Assembly: GCA_964353885.1 (NCBI GenBank)
Contig: CAYGXO010000063.1
Location: 14,389-78,388, forward strand
Direction: 5' to 3'
Length of the DNA stretch: 64,000 bases
DNA from: an uncultured Spirochaetaceae bacterium
GTDB taxonomy: Bacteria > Spirochaetota > Spirochaetia > SZUA-6 > Fen-1364
The notes under the pieces are model-generated. The model made no database searches. It was not told the DNA's origin and saw only the letters and a program-made list of their open reading frames with translations. Of the stretch, positions 26,948 to 34,958 are shown piece after piece; position 1 is the stretch's first letter; the number at the start of each line of letters is the position of its first letter. A program made the translations under genes and the position numbers.

Positions 26948-26981
26948 AAAAAAAGAGCGGGAGCGACGGGACTTGAACCCG
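26948..26981. repeat. Proximal att repeat of element 2 (3' 24 nt of tRNA-Asp plus 10 nt of trailer)
   Basis: Identical to 18148-18181. Confidence 0.85.
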
Positions 26982-27031
26982 CGGCCTCCGGCTTGACAGG
27001 CCAGCGCGATAACCAGCTTCGCCACGCCCCC
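26958..27031 (-). tRNA. tRNA-Asp (anticodon GUC)
   Basis: Manual cloverleaf: GGGGGCG TG GCGA AGCTGGTTA TCGC G CTGGC CTGTCAA GCCGG AGGCC GCGGG TTCAAGT CCCGT CGCTCCC G. It is followed by CTCTTTTTTT. Confidence 0.9.
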
Positions 27032-27091
27032 GTTGCTGTGGAATGTACCAGCCGAGCCGCGAAGTGTCAAGGGGACACGATGCGCGTCTCC

Positions 27092-27120
27092 GTTGACATT
27101 TCCCGCGCCGGATGCTACGG
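27092..27120 (+). promoter_or_regulatory. Candidate promoter of the ppiD-like gene
   Basis: TTGACA-17 nt-TACGGT, about 40 nt upstream of ATG at 27159. Confidence 0.35.
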
Positions 27121-27158
27121 TGGCGAGTCGAAATCAACCACCCGGACAGGAAAAGGCA

Positions 27159-28700
27159 ATGGCGTCACGAGAATTGAGAAGAGCGAAAGCGAAAAAGGGA
27201 GAAGCCGTCTCCGAGACCATAGAGAAGAAGAAGGAAGCCCATCCCCTTCTGTACGTGTTCAGCATCATCCTCCTCATCGTCGTCGTGGTCACCTTTGTCG
27301 GCTCGCCTGTCGCCGGAACCCTGAGCGGCGGCGGGTCGATCATCTTCGGCTCGTACGAGGGCCGGGACATCGCATACTTCCCCGGCAACTACTTCGCACA
27401 GCAGCGGGATCGGATCGCCGCCCAGGTCCGCGACACCGCCGACCCGAACCAGGATCTCGCCGTCCTGACGCAGTGGGTCTGGGCCCAGGCATACAGGCAG
27501 ACCGCAGTCCACATCGCCGTTCTGATCCAGGCGGAAAAGGCGGGACTGCACATCTCCGAGGACGCCGTCGACAAGGCCCTCATCGCGTACCCCGCCTACC
27601 AGGAGGGGGGAAAGTTCAGCGAGGAGCGCTACAACAAGACCCAAAACTCCGAAAAAGCCGCGATCCGCAAGCTCGTGCGCGAGGAAGCCATGAGCAACCA
27701 GCACCGCATGGACTTGTTCCTCGGCCTGAACGGCGGAGCCAAGGAAAAGGAGTTCGTTGCGGCGATGGCAAAGCCCGAGCGGAGCCTCACCTTCGTCTCA
27801 TTCCCCTACTCCGGCTACCCCGCCGAAGAGATACGGAAGTTCGGCGAGGCGAATGCCGCGTTATTCCGCAAGGTGAAGGTGAGCAGGATCCTGGTGAAGT
27901 CCGGCGAAAAAGAGGCCAAGGAGATCCGTAAAAAGATCTCAGAAAAGGCGAGCAGCTTCGAGGAGCTGGCGAAGACCCACTCGAAGGACGGCTACGCCGA
28001 CAACGGCGGGGACATGGGCTTTCGGTACGCCTACGACCTCGAGGCGGACTTCGACAAGAAGGAGCTCGCCCAGGAGGTGTTCGCGCTGCGTGCGGGGGAC
28101 GTGAGCGAGGTGCTCAAGGGCAGCTTCGGCTGGCTGATCTTCCGCTGCGACGCGGAAGCCGTCGACGCGGACTTCTCCGATGCCGCCGTCCTGGACACAG
28201 TCAAGGCCTACCTCGGGACCTACGAGAAGGGCAAGATCGAGGACTACTTCGTGGCCAAGGCCGAATCGCTCGCGCGTCGGGCCGGCGAGGCAGGATTGGC
28301 CGCCGCGGCCAAGGCGGCGGGGGTCTCCACGGTCGCGACGGATTTCTTCCCGATCAACCTCCAGAGCGTCTTCTCCTTCACCCCGCTCAAAGCAATCCCC
28401 GATTCGGCAACCCCGGCGAACGCGGTCAATAGCGAGGATTTCTTCCTCCGCGCCTTCTCACTCGGCAAAGGACAGGTCTCGGCGCCGATCGTGCTGGACG
28501 ACCAGGTCATGGTTCTGAGCCTTCTCGAAGAGCGCCAGCTGCCCGAGGCCACAGCCGCTGTCCTCGGCTCCTGGCTGGACTACGCCGCCTACCAGGACAT
28601 GGATACCTACCTGCAGGCTCAGATCATGGATCCCGGAAAGCTGAAGGACAATTTCGCGGAGTCCTTCTCGAAGCTGTACGGGCTGCCGAAAAAGGGATAG
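27159..28700 (+). CDS. Membrane-anchored PpiD/SurA-like chaperone with parvulin (PpiC-type) PPIase domain
   Basis: Start reassigned to MASRELRRAK... It has an N-terminal TM helix LLYVFSIILLIVVVVTFVG and a parvulin region VSRILVKSGEKEAKEIRKKI...GGDMGF...GWLIFRCD. Confidence 0.75.
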   Translation: MASRELRRAKAKKGEAVSETIEKKKEAHPLLYVFSIILLIVVVVTFVGSPVAGTLSGGGSIIFGSYEGRDIAYFPGNYFAQQRDRIAAQVRDTADPNQDLAVLTQWVWAQAYRQTAVHIAVLIQAEKAGLHISEDAVDKALIAYPAYQEGGKFSEERYNKTQNSEKAAIRKLVREEAMSNQHRMDLFLGLNGGAKEKEFVAAMAKPERSLTFVSFPYSGYPAEEIRKFGEANAALFRKVKVSRILVKSGEKEAKEIRKKISEKASSFEELAKTHSKDGYADNGGDMGFRYAYDLEADFDKKELAQEVFALRAGDVSEVLKGSFGWLIFRCDAEAVDADFSDAAVLDTVKAYLGTYEKGKIEDYFVAKAESLARRAGEAGLAAAAKAAGVSTVATDFFPINLQSVFSFTPLKAIPDSATPANAVNSEDFFLRAFSLGKGQVSAPIVLDDQVMVLSLLEERQLPEATAAVLGSWLDYAAYQDMDTYLQAQIMDPGKLKDNFAESFSKLYGLPKKG

Positions 28701-30353
28701 ATGTCAGGCGAGGAACCCCTCCTCGTTCATTCGGACAAGGGCGCCACGGTCCTGTACAAGGGGATCGCTCTCTACCCGGCCGAGAATCCGCTAGGCGCCG
28801 CGCGCGCCAAGGCATGCGCGGCCCAGCTCGCTCCCCGCTCTCTCGTCTATGTTCCCTCCGTCGGCCTGGGTCACGGCATGGCCGAACTGCTCGCTCGCCT
28901 GCCGGAAAGCTCTGCCGTGCTCTGCGTCGAGACCGACCCGAGGATCCTCGCCCTCGCCTCGGCCCAGGGACTGCCGCGCGACGAGAGGCTGATCGTCCTT
29001 GGAACTTCTGATGCCGAGCAAATTGCGCGGGTGGTCCGGTCCCTCGGGCTCTCCCGTTTCCGCAGGGTCGTCGAGGTTCCCTTGAGCGCGGGCTACCGTC
29101 TTGACCCGGGGGGCTACGGAGGGGTGCGCACGCTGCTCGAGAGCCTCGTGCGCGCCTATTGGCAGGACGCCATGACCCTCATCGCCATGGGAAGCCTTTG
29201 GATGCGGAACCTCTTCGAGAATCTGGCCGTGCTGCCCGGCTCCCGCGATTTTTCCTGTCTCGCCACGGATGCCCCCGTCGTCGTGGCGGGGGCGGGTCCT
29301 TCCCTCGAGGCGGGCTTGCCTGTACTGCGGGAGGCTCGCGATGGATTCGTCCTGGTGGCCGCCGATACGGCCCTCCCCCGGCTCATGGCTGAATCCCTCC
29401 GCCCCGACATCGTCGTCGCACTCGAAAGCCAGGTCATGAACATCCAGGATTTCCTCACCGCGCGCGATCCCGGGATCCTCCTCGCGTGCGAGCTCACCGC
29501 GCACCCCTCCACAGCGCGGCTTTTTCCCGAGAATCGCTTTTTCTTTTCCTCTCGGTTCGCTCCGCTCGCGCTCTTCAGGCGGCTCGAGCAAGCGGGAATC
29601 CTCCCCTGCCCTTTCCCCGCGCTGGGATCTGTCGGCGTAGCAGCGGCGTACGCCGCCCTTCGGCTCACGGCGGGCGAGGTGTTCCTGATCGGCCTCGATT
29701 TCAGCTTCCCCGGTTCCCGCACCCATGCTCGGGGAACCCCGCGCCACATCGCCGCTCTCCTCGCCGCCTCCCGCACGCACGGAGTCGCGCAGGATTCCGT
29801 CCGCGCGCTGGCCTCCCGTCCCTCGATCCGAGAGCGGGGCAAGGATGGAGCGCAGGTCGCGACCGATTCGGTCCTGCGCTCCTACCGCGACGGCCTTCGA
29901 ATGGAAGCGGCGGGTGAAGCGAGCCGGATATGGGACCTCGGGCGGACAGGACTGGACCTGGGGATCGGAAGAATCAGCGAGGATGAGTTCGTCCGGCGCG
30001 TCCACGACGCTTCAGGCGTCCACGACCCAGGGCGGCTCGAAGCGCGGGAAGGTCCGATCTTCTCGTTGCGCGCGCTGGAAAGGTTCCTGCGCGGCGAGCA
30101 GGAGCTGCTCGGTCGGGCTTTCGAAAGGATCACGGGGCTGCTCGCCAGCCCAGGCCCGGCGGCGGAGATCGCGCTGCGCGGGGACGATGCCGCTCTGGTG
30201 GCCGACATCGACTACGCGTACGTGCATTTCCCGGATCAACCGAACCTCCCCAACCCGTCGCGAAGCTTCCTCGCGCGAACGCGGGTCGCGGCGTCGTACT
30301 ACAGGCAGCGGATCGAGAACCTGGAGCGCGGAATCAGTCGTCAGAGGTCTTGA
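28701..30353 (+). CDS. DUF115 / MptE-like (motility-accessory-factor-type) protein
   Basis: VVVAGAGPSLEAGLPVLREARDGFVLVAADTALPRLMAESLRPDIVVALESQ matches the DUF115 core as I recall it. Confidence 0.6.
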   Translation: MSGEEPLLVHSDKGATVLYKGIALYPAENPLGAARAKACAAQLAPRSLVYVPSVGLGHGMAELLARLPESSAVLCVETDPRILALASAQGLPRDERLIVLGTSDAEQIARVVRSLGLSRFRRVVEVPLSAGYRLDPGGYGGVRTLLESLVRAYWQDAMTLIAMGSLWMRNLFENLAVLPGSRDFSCLATDAPVVVAGAGPSLEAGLPVLREARDGFVLVAADTALPRLMAESLRPDIVVALESQVMNIQDFLTARDPGILLACELTAHPSTARLFPENRFFFSSRFAPLALFRRLEQAGILPCPFPALGSVGVAAAYAALRLTAGEVFLIGLDFSFPGSRTHARGTPRHIAALLAASRTHGVAQDSVRALASRPSIRERGKDGAQVATDSVLRSYRDGLRMEAAGEASRIWDLGRTGLDLGIGRISEDEFVRRVHDASGVHDPGRLEAREGPIFSLRALERFLRGEQELLGRAFERITGLLASPGPAAEIALRGDDAALVADIDYAYVHFPDQPNLPNPSRSFLARTRVAASYYRQRIENLERGISRQRS

Positions 30354-32193
30354 GCACGGCGAGGAAGGCGGATTGGGGCAGCTCGACCTCGCCCACCATC
30401 TTCATCCTCTTCTTGCCCTCTTTCTGTTTCTCCAGCAGCTTGCGCTTCCTCGAGATATCCCCGCCATAGCACTTGGCCGTGACGTCCTTGCGGAAAGCGT
30501 TGACGGTCTCGCGCGCGATGATCTGGCTGCCGATGGTGCCCTGGATCGCGATCTTGAACTGCTGGCGCGGGATCTCGTCGCGCAGCCTCTCGCAGACCCT
30601 GCGCGCGGTCTGGTAGGCGTTGCCGCGGAACACGAGCTGCGAGAGGGCGTCCACCATTTTGCCGTTGATGAGGATGTCCAACCTGACGAGCTGCGTGTCA
30701 CGGAAGCCGATGAGCTGATAGTCGAAGGAAGCATAGCCTCGGCTCACCGACTTCAACCTGTCGTAGAAGTCGAAGACGACTTCGCCAAGAGGCATCTCGA
30801 AGATCAGCTCCACCCTCTTCTCGTCCAGGTAGGTCATGCTCTTCTGCACCCCGCGCTTCTCGAGGCAGAGTGCGATGATGCTTCCCAGGTACTGGGATGG
30901 GGTAATCATCGAGGCGGAGATGTAGGGCTCCTCGGCCCCCTGGATCTGCGAGGGGTCGGGAAAGTTCACCGGGTTGTCGATCAGGACAACCTTGCCGCCA
31001 TTGAGCGAGACCCTGTACTGGACGGAGGGGGCCGTGAACACGATGGACATTTCGAACTCGCGCTCCAGCCGCTCCTGCACGATCTCCAGGTGCAGCAGAC
31101 CGAGAAAACCGCAGCGGAAGCCGTAGCCCAGCGCCACGGAGGAATCCTTCTCGTACATAAGTGAGGCGTCGTTGAGCTTCAGCTTCGCCATCGCCTGCAC
31201 GAGCTCCTCGTAGTCGTTGGCGTCCACGGGGTAGATCGAGGAGAAAACGACGGGTTTCACCTCACGGAATCCCGCAAGGGGCTCGGCGCAGGGCCGCTCG
31301 TCGTCGGTCACCGTATCCCCCACCCGGGTATCCGCCACGGTTTTGATCCCCGCGATGAGGTATCCGACCTCGCCGGGACCCAGCGAGGGCCTGGGGACAA
31401 GCGCGAGACGGAAAATCCCCGTCTCCTCGACCTTGTACGCGGAGCCGTTCCAGTGGAACCGGATGGTCTGTCCCCCTCGGAGAGTGCCGGTGTACACCCG
31501 CACGTGGACGACGACGCCGCGGAACGTGTCGTAGTGCGAGTCGAAGATCAGCGCCTTCAGCGGCTCCTCGGGATCTCCCGTCGGCGGAGGCACGCGCTCT
31601 ACAATGGCCTCGCACAGCTCATCGACGCCCGTCCCGAGCTTTCCCGACACCAGCAGCGCTCCTTCGGCATCCAGCCCGAGGTCGTGGGATATCTGCTTCT
31701 TCACGCCCACGATGTCGGCGCTGGGCAGGTCGATCTTATTGATCACAGGGATGATCTCCAGATCGTGCTCGATGGCCATGTACATGTTCGCCAGGGTCTG
31801 CGCTTCCACGCCCTGGCTCGCGTCAATGAGCAGGACGGCGCCCTCGCAGGCGGAGATTGAGCGGGAGACTTCGTACGAGAAGTCCACGTGCCCCGGGGTG
31901 TCGACCAGGTTCAGGATGTAATCCTCCCCGCTGCGCGACCTGTAGGGGATGGCGACGGCCTGGCTCTTGATCGTGATGCCCCGCTCGCGCTCGATGTCCA
32001 TGTTGTCCAGGATCTGGTCGTGGAAGTCCCTGTCGGAGACCAGCCGGGCGCGCTGGATGAACCTGTCGGCGAGGGTAGATTTGCCGTGGTCGATATGGGC
32101 AATGATGCAGAAATTGCGGATCTGTCGAGTGTTCAACGAAGGCGCAGTATAGCGGATGAGGCCGCCTGTTTCAATCCGGCGCCGAAGGCGCAT
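30334..32193 (-). CDS. lepA: Elongation factor 4
   Basis: IRNFCIIAHIDHGKSTLADR, NLVDTPGHVDF, NKIDLPSA and C-terminal LepA_C (GGDISRKRKLLEKQKEGKKRMK). The true start may be the TTG near 32136. Confidence 0.95.
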   Translation of the reverse strand: MRLRRRIETGGLIRYTAPSLNTRQIRNFCIIAHIDHGKSTLADRFIQRARLVSDRDFHDQILDNMDIERERGITIKSQAVAIPYRSRSGEDYILNLVDTPGHVDFSYEVSRSISACEGAVLLIDASQGVEAQTLANMYMAIEHDLEIIPVINKIDLPSADIVGVKKQISHDLGLDAEGALLVSGKLGTGVDELCEAIVERVPPPTGDPEEPLKALIFDSHYDTFRGVVVHVRVYTGTLRGGQTIRFHWNGSAYKVEETGIFRLALVPRPSLGPGEVGYLIAGIKTVADTRVGDTVTDDERPCAEPLAGFREVKPVVFSSIYPVDANDYEELVQAMAKLKLNDASLMYEKDSSVALGYGFRCGFLGLLHLEIVQERLEREFEMSIVFTAPSVQYRVSLNGGKVVLIDNPVNFPDPSQIQGAEEPYISASMITPSQYLGSIIALCLEKRGVQKSMTYLDEKRVELIFEMPLGEVVFDFYDRLKSVSRGYASFDYQLIGFRDTQLVRLDILINGKMVDALSQLVFRGNAYQTARRVCERLRDEIPRQQFKIAIQGTIGSQIIARETVNAFRKDVTAKCYGGDISRKRKLLEKQKEGKKRMKMVGEVELPQSAFLAVLKTSDD

Positions 32194-32283
32194 TTCCTAC
32201 GACCCGTCGACCCGGCCCTCGCGCGGTGCCCTTGCGCGGAGCGATATTGACACGGCGGAGGACCGGGCATAGGCTCCAGGGCA

Positions 32284-33177
32284 GTGGATGACCAACAGAA
32301 GGAGCGGGTTCTCATCGTCGACGACCAGGATGCGTTGCGGGCGATGCTCGTGCGCATGGTCGAGCGCGCCGGCTTCGAGCCCATCGAGGCGAAGGACGGC
32401 GAAGAGGCCATCGAGCTTTTCAGGACGTTTGCCCCGATCGTCGTCGTCTCAGACATCATGATGCCGAAGGTGGACGGCCTCGTCCTCCTCGAGCGTATCA
32501 AGAGAATCGACCGCAGCGCAGCCGTCATACTGATGACGGGACTGGGCAATGAGGAGGTGCTCCTCCAGGCCCTCCGCGGCGGGGCGACGAACTTCTTCAA
32601 GAAACCGTTCAACGTGAGCGAGCTGATCCAGGAGATCCGCGCGGTGGCCGAATACCGCCGCGAGGCCGCACGGGTGACGTTCTCCACGCCGTTTCTCGAA
32701 GAGGAGACCAAACGGTTTCGGATCCCCACCGGCGAGGACCGCTACCTGCCGCTCATCAACCAGGTCACCCTCCAGCTCCCCAGCATCCTTCCCGAAGAGG
32801 AGATCCTGAACCTCAAGATCGGGATCGAGGAGATGATCGTCAACGCCGTCGAGCACGGCAACCTCGGCATCACCTTCGCGGAGAAGGCCGCGGCGATAGA
32901 GGCGGGGACTTTGCGGGAGCTCCTCGCCGAGCGCCTCCGAGGCGAGGGCGCCGCGAGGGTCGTCACCATCGCCTCCCGGCTCACTCGGGAGCGCTTCGAG
33001 ATCACGATCAGCGACGAGGGGGCGGGTTTTGACTGGCGGGCGCTGCCCGGCGTGGAGGCGGAGAACCTTCTCGCGTACAGCGGACGAGGGATCTTCCTCA
33101 CGAAGATCTACTTCGACGAGCTGCGCTACAACGAGCGGGGCAACGAGGTCACCCTCGTCAAGCAGCGCATGATCTAG
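32284..33177 (+). CDS. Response-regulator receiver domain fused to an RsbW/SpoIIAB-like HATPase domain
   Basis: REC: VLIVDDQDALR...VVVSDIMMPKVDG...ILMTG...FFKKPF. C-terminus: IEEMIVNAVEHGNLGI...ISDEGAGFDW...GRGIFL. GTG start. Confidence 0.75.
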   Translation: MDDQQKERVLIVDDQDALRAMLVRMVERAGFEPIEAKDGEEAIELFRTFAPIVVVSDIMMPKVDGLVLLERIKRIDRSAAVILMTGLGNEEVLLQALRGGATNFFKKPFNVSELIQEIRAVAEYRREAARVTFSTPFLEEETKRFRIPTGEDRYLPLINQVTLQLPSILPEEEILNLKIGIEEMIVNAVEHGNLGITFAEKAAAIEAGTLRELLAERLRGEGAARVVTIASRLTRERFEITISDEGAGFDWRALPGVEAENLLAYSGRGIFLTKIYFDELRYNERGNEVTLVKQRMI

Positions 33178-34958
33178 AGAAAGTTGTCCGTCTCGAGGTA
33201 CGAGGCGATCTGCACGACGCTCTCGATGAAGCCCGATTTTCGCTTCTTGACGTACAGCTGGAGCACGGCGTAGCCCTTCTCGTTGTCCACCTTCCAGTCC
33301 TGGATCGTGAGCGGGTCGTTCTCGGACAAACCCGCCTCATCGGCGATCGATCCGCGGGTCACCCTTTTCACGACAAAGGAGTTGCGCCGCAGCGCTCCCT
33401 TCGTCCTCTCGAGCTGCATGCCGAACAGGGGGTACAGCACATTGTCGCGCGTGTCCTTTGTCAGCGCCGTCTCGATGGGACTCTGCGGGCGCTCGACCAG
33501 GCAGAGAATGGCTTCCGTGACTGCCGCCCCCCTGCGGAAGCCGACGCGGATGAGCGACGGGGGGGAGAAGGAAAGGATCGCCTCCTGCGCGTCGCGCAGG
33601 GTCGCGTACTGCGCCCCGTTCATCGTCACAAGGACATCGCCGGAAGCGAGACCTGCACGGGCCGCGGGCGAGCCCGGAAGAGTGTACAGGACCTCCAATC
33701 CCTTCTCGGTCTCCGCCAGCGCCGCACCCAGCCACGGGTGGACCGCTTTCCCTCCCCGGAACAGCAGCGGGAGCGCCTTCTCGATCCAGAGGTAGGGAAC
33801 GGCGAAGTTGATGCCCTCGAACTGCTCCAGGCCGGCGAACGCGATCCCGATCAAGCCGCCCTTTTCGCTGAGCAGCGGCCCGCCGCTGTTGCCGGGGTTG
33901 AGCGGCACGTCGACCTGCATGGCATCCCCCATCTGGAGGAAGCGGCGTCCGGTCGCCGAGACGATGCCCGAGGTGATGGTCTTCTCAAGGCCTCCGGGCG
34001 AGCCGATCGCGAAGACGCGGTCGCCGGGGTTCGCGCGCTCGTCGGCGCTTCCTCCGAAGGCGTATCTCGCCGTGGTCTCCGCCTTGAGCAGGGCAAGGTC
34101 GAATACCGTGTCGTACCCGACCACCTTCGCCGGGATCTTCTCGCCCGTCGTCTCGTTGAACCGGACGAACAGGCGCGAGTAGCCCTCATAGGTCGGGTCG
34201 ACCTCGCTCTTGATCACGTGGTAGTTGGTCAGGAGATACCCGCGGGGATCGATGAAAAAGCCGCTGCCGATCACTCGGTCGGGGTACCCCACTCCCTTCT
34301 CGATGCGAATGCCTCTGTTCACCCAGATCGTCACGGTCCCTTCGAGCATCTGAGAGAATGGCGGGGCCTCCTCCGCGAGCGCAGGCAGCTGCGGCACGGC
34401 GAACCCTCGCTCCCGCATCCGTTCGGCGAGGGAACGGGCGATCGGCCGATTGCCGAGCGCTGAAGCCTTCTCGAGCGCCGCCGACAGGTCAGCCTCCGTC
34501 GGCTCGCCGATCGCGATGCCCCGCTGCCGGGCGAGGAGGGCGAGCAGCGTCTCTCCCGCGGCGTCGAACGATTCCGCCTGCGCATCGAGGAGGGCTTTCT
34601 CCGTCCAGCTCGCGGTGAGGTCGGTCCGTGCCAGAGCGGAGGCGGAGCGCAGGTAGCGCATCGCATCGTCCCACCCCTTCTCGGTCACGGCCTTCTGGAA
34701 TGCGGCCGAGAAGGCCTCGCTCGCTTGCCCCTCGATGCCCTCCAATTCGCCCAACGGGAGGCCCGCGGGCGCCTCCCTGCGCAGAAGGGAGATCTCCTGG
34801 AAACCCTGCAGGACGGACCCCGAGGAGATCAGGTCCCTCACCTCTTTCAGCCGCGCGTCGGCGAGCGAAGGCGCTGCCGAAGGGGACCACCCGCCGCTCG
34901 CACAGGAAAACGACGCGAAGGACAGGGCCGCAAGCGCGAGCAGGCGCAGAGGTTTCAT
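33174..34958 (-). CDS. htrA: HtrA/DegP-family serine protease with PDZ domains (lipoprotein signal)
   Basis: Start reassigned to MKPLRLLALAALSFASFSCASG (lipobox). Catalytic triad contexts: LLTNYHVI, DLALLK, GNSGGPL. Confidence 0.85.
   Translation of the reverse strand: MKPLRLLALAALSFASFSCASGGWSPSAAPSLADARLKEVRDLISSGSVLQGFQEISLLRREAPAGLPLGELEGIEGQASEAFSAAFQKAVTEKGWDDAMRYLRSASALARTDLTASWTEKALLDAQAESFDAAGETLLALLARQRGIAIGEPTEADLSAALEKASALGNRPIARSLAERMRERGFAVPQLPALAEEAPPFSQMLEGTVTIWVNRGIRIEKGVGYPDRVIGSGFFIDPRGYLLTNYHVIKSEVDPTYEGYSRLFVRFNETTGEKIPAKVVGYDTVFDLALLKAETTARYAFGGSADERANPGDRVFAIGSPGGLEKTITSGIVSATGRRFLQMGDAMQVDVPLNPGNSGGPLLSEKGGLIGIAFAGLEQFEGINFAVPYLWIEKALPLLFRGGKAVHPWLGAALAETEKGLEVLYTLPGSPAARAGLASGDVLVTMNGAQYATLRDAQEAILSFSPPSLIRVGFRRGAAVTEAILCLVERPQSPIETALTKDTRDNVLYPLFGMQLERTKGALRRNSFVVKRVTRGSIADEAGLSENDPLTIQDWKVDNEKGYAVLQLYVKKRKSGFIESVVQIASYLETDNFL

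Larger units (their letters stand above)
18148..26981 (-). mobile_element. Integrative element 2 in tRNA-Asp: capsid- and TerS-encoding phage-satellite-like island (about 8.8 kb)
   Basis: Bounded by perfect 34-bp direct repeats. The integrase lies next to the intact tRNA. It has 13 collinear minus-strand ORFs, including a RepA-like ATPase with iterons, an HK97-type MCP and a P27 TerS. Confidence 0.8.

Noticed and set aside
28791-30005. 404-aa minus-strand ORF inside the DUF115 gene
   Set aside because: It is a shadow of the plus-strand gene, which starts right after the ppiD-like stop and carries the GAGPSL...PDIVV core.
32247-32275. TTGACA-17-TAGGCT promoter-like site upstream of the REC-HATPase gene
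   Set aside because: The -10 would end only 8 nt before a GTG start. That would imply a leaderless GTG mRNA, which is unusual, so I left it uncalled.
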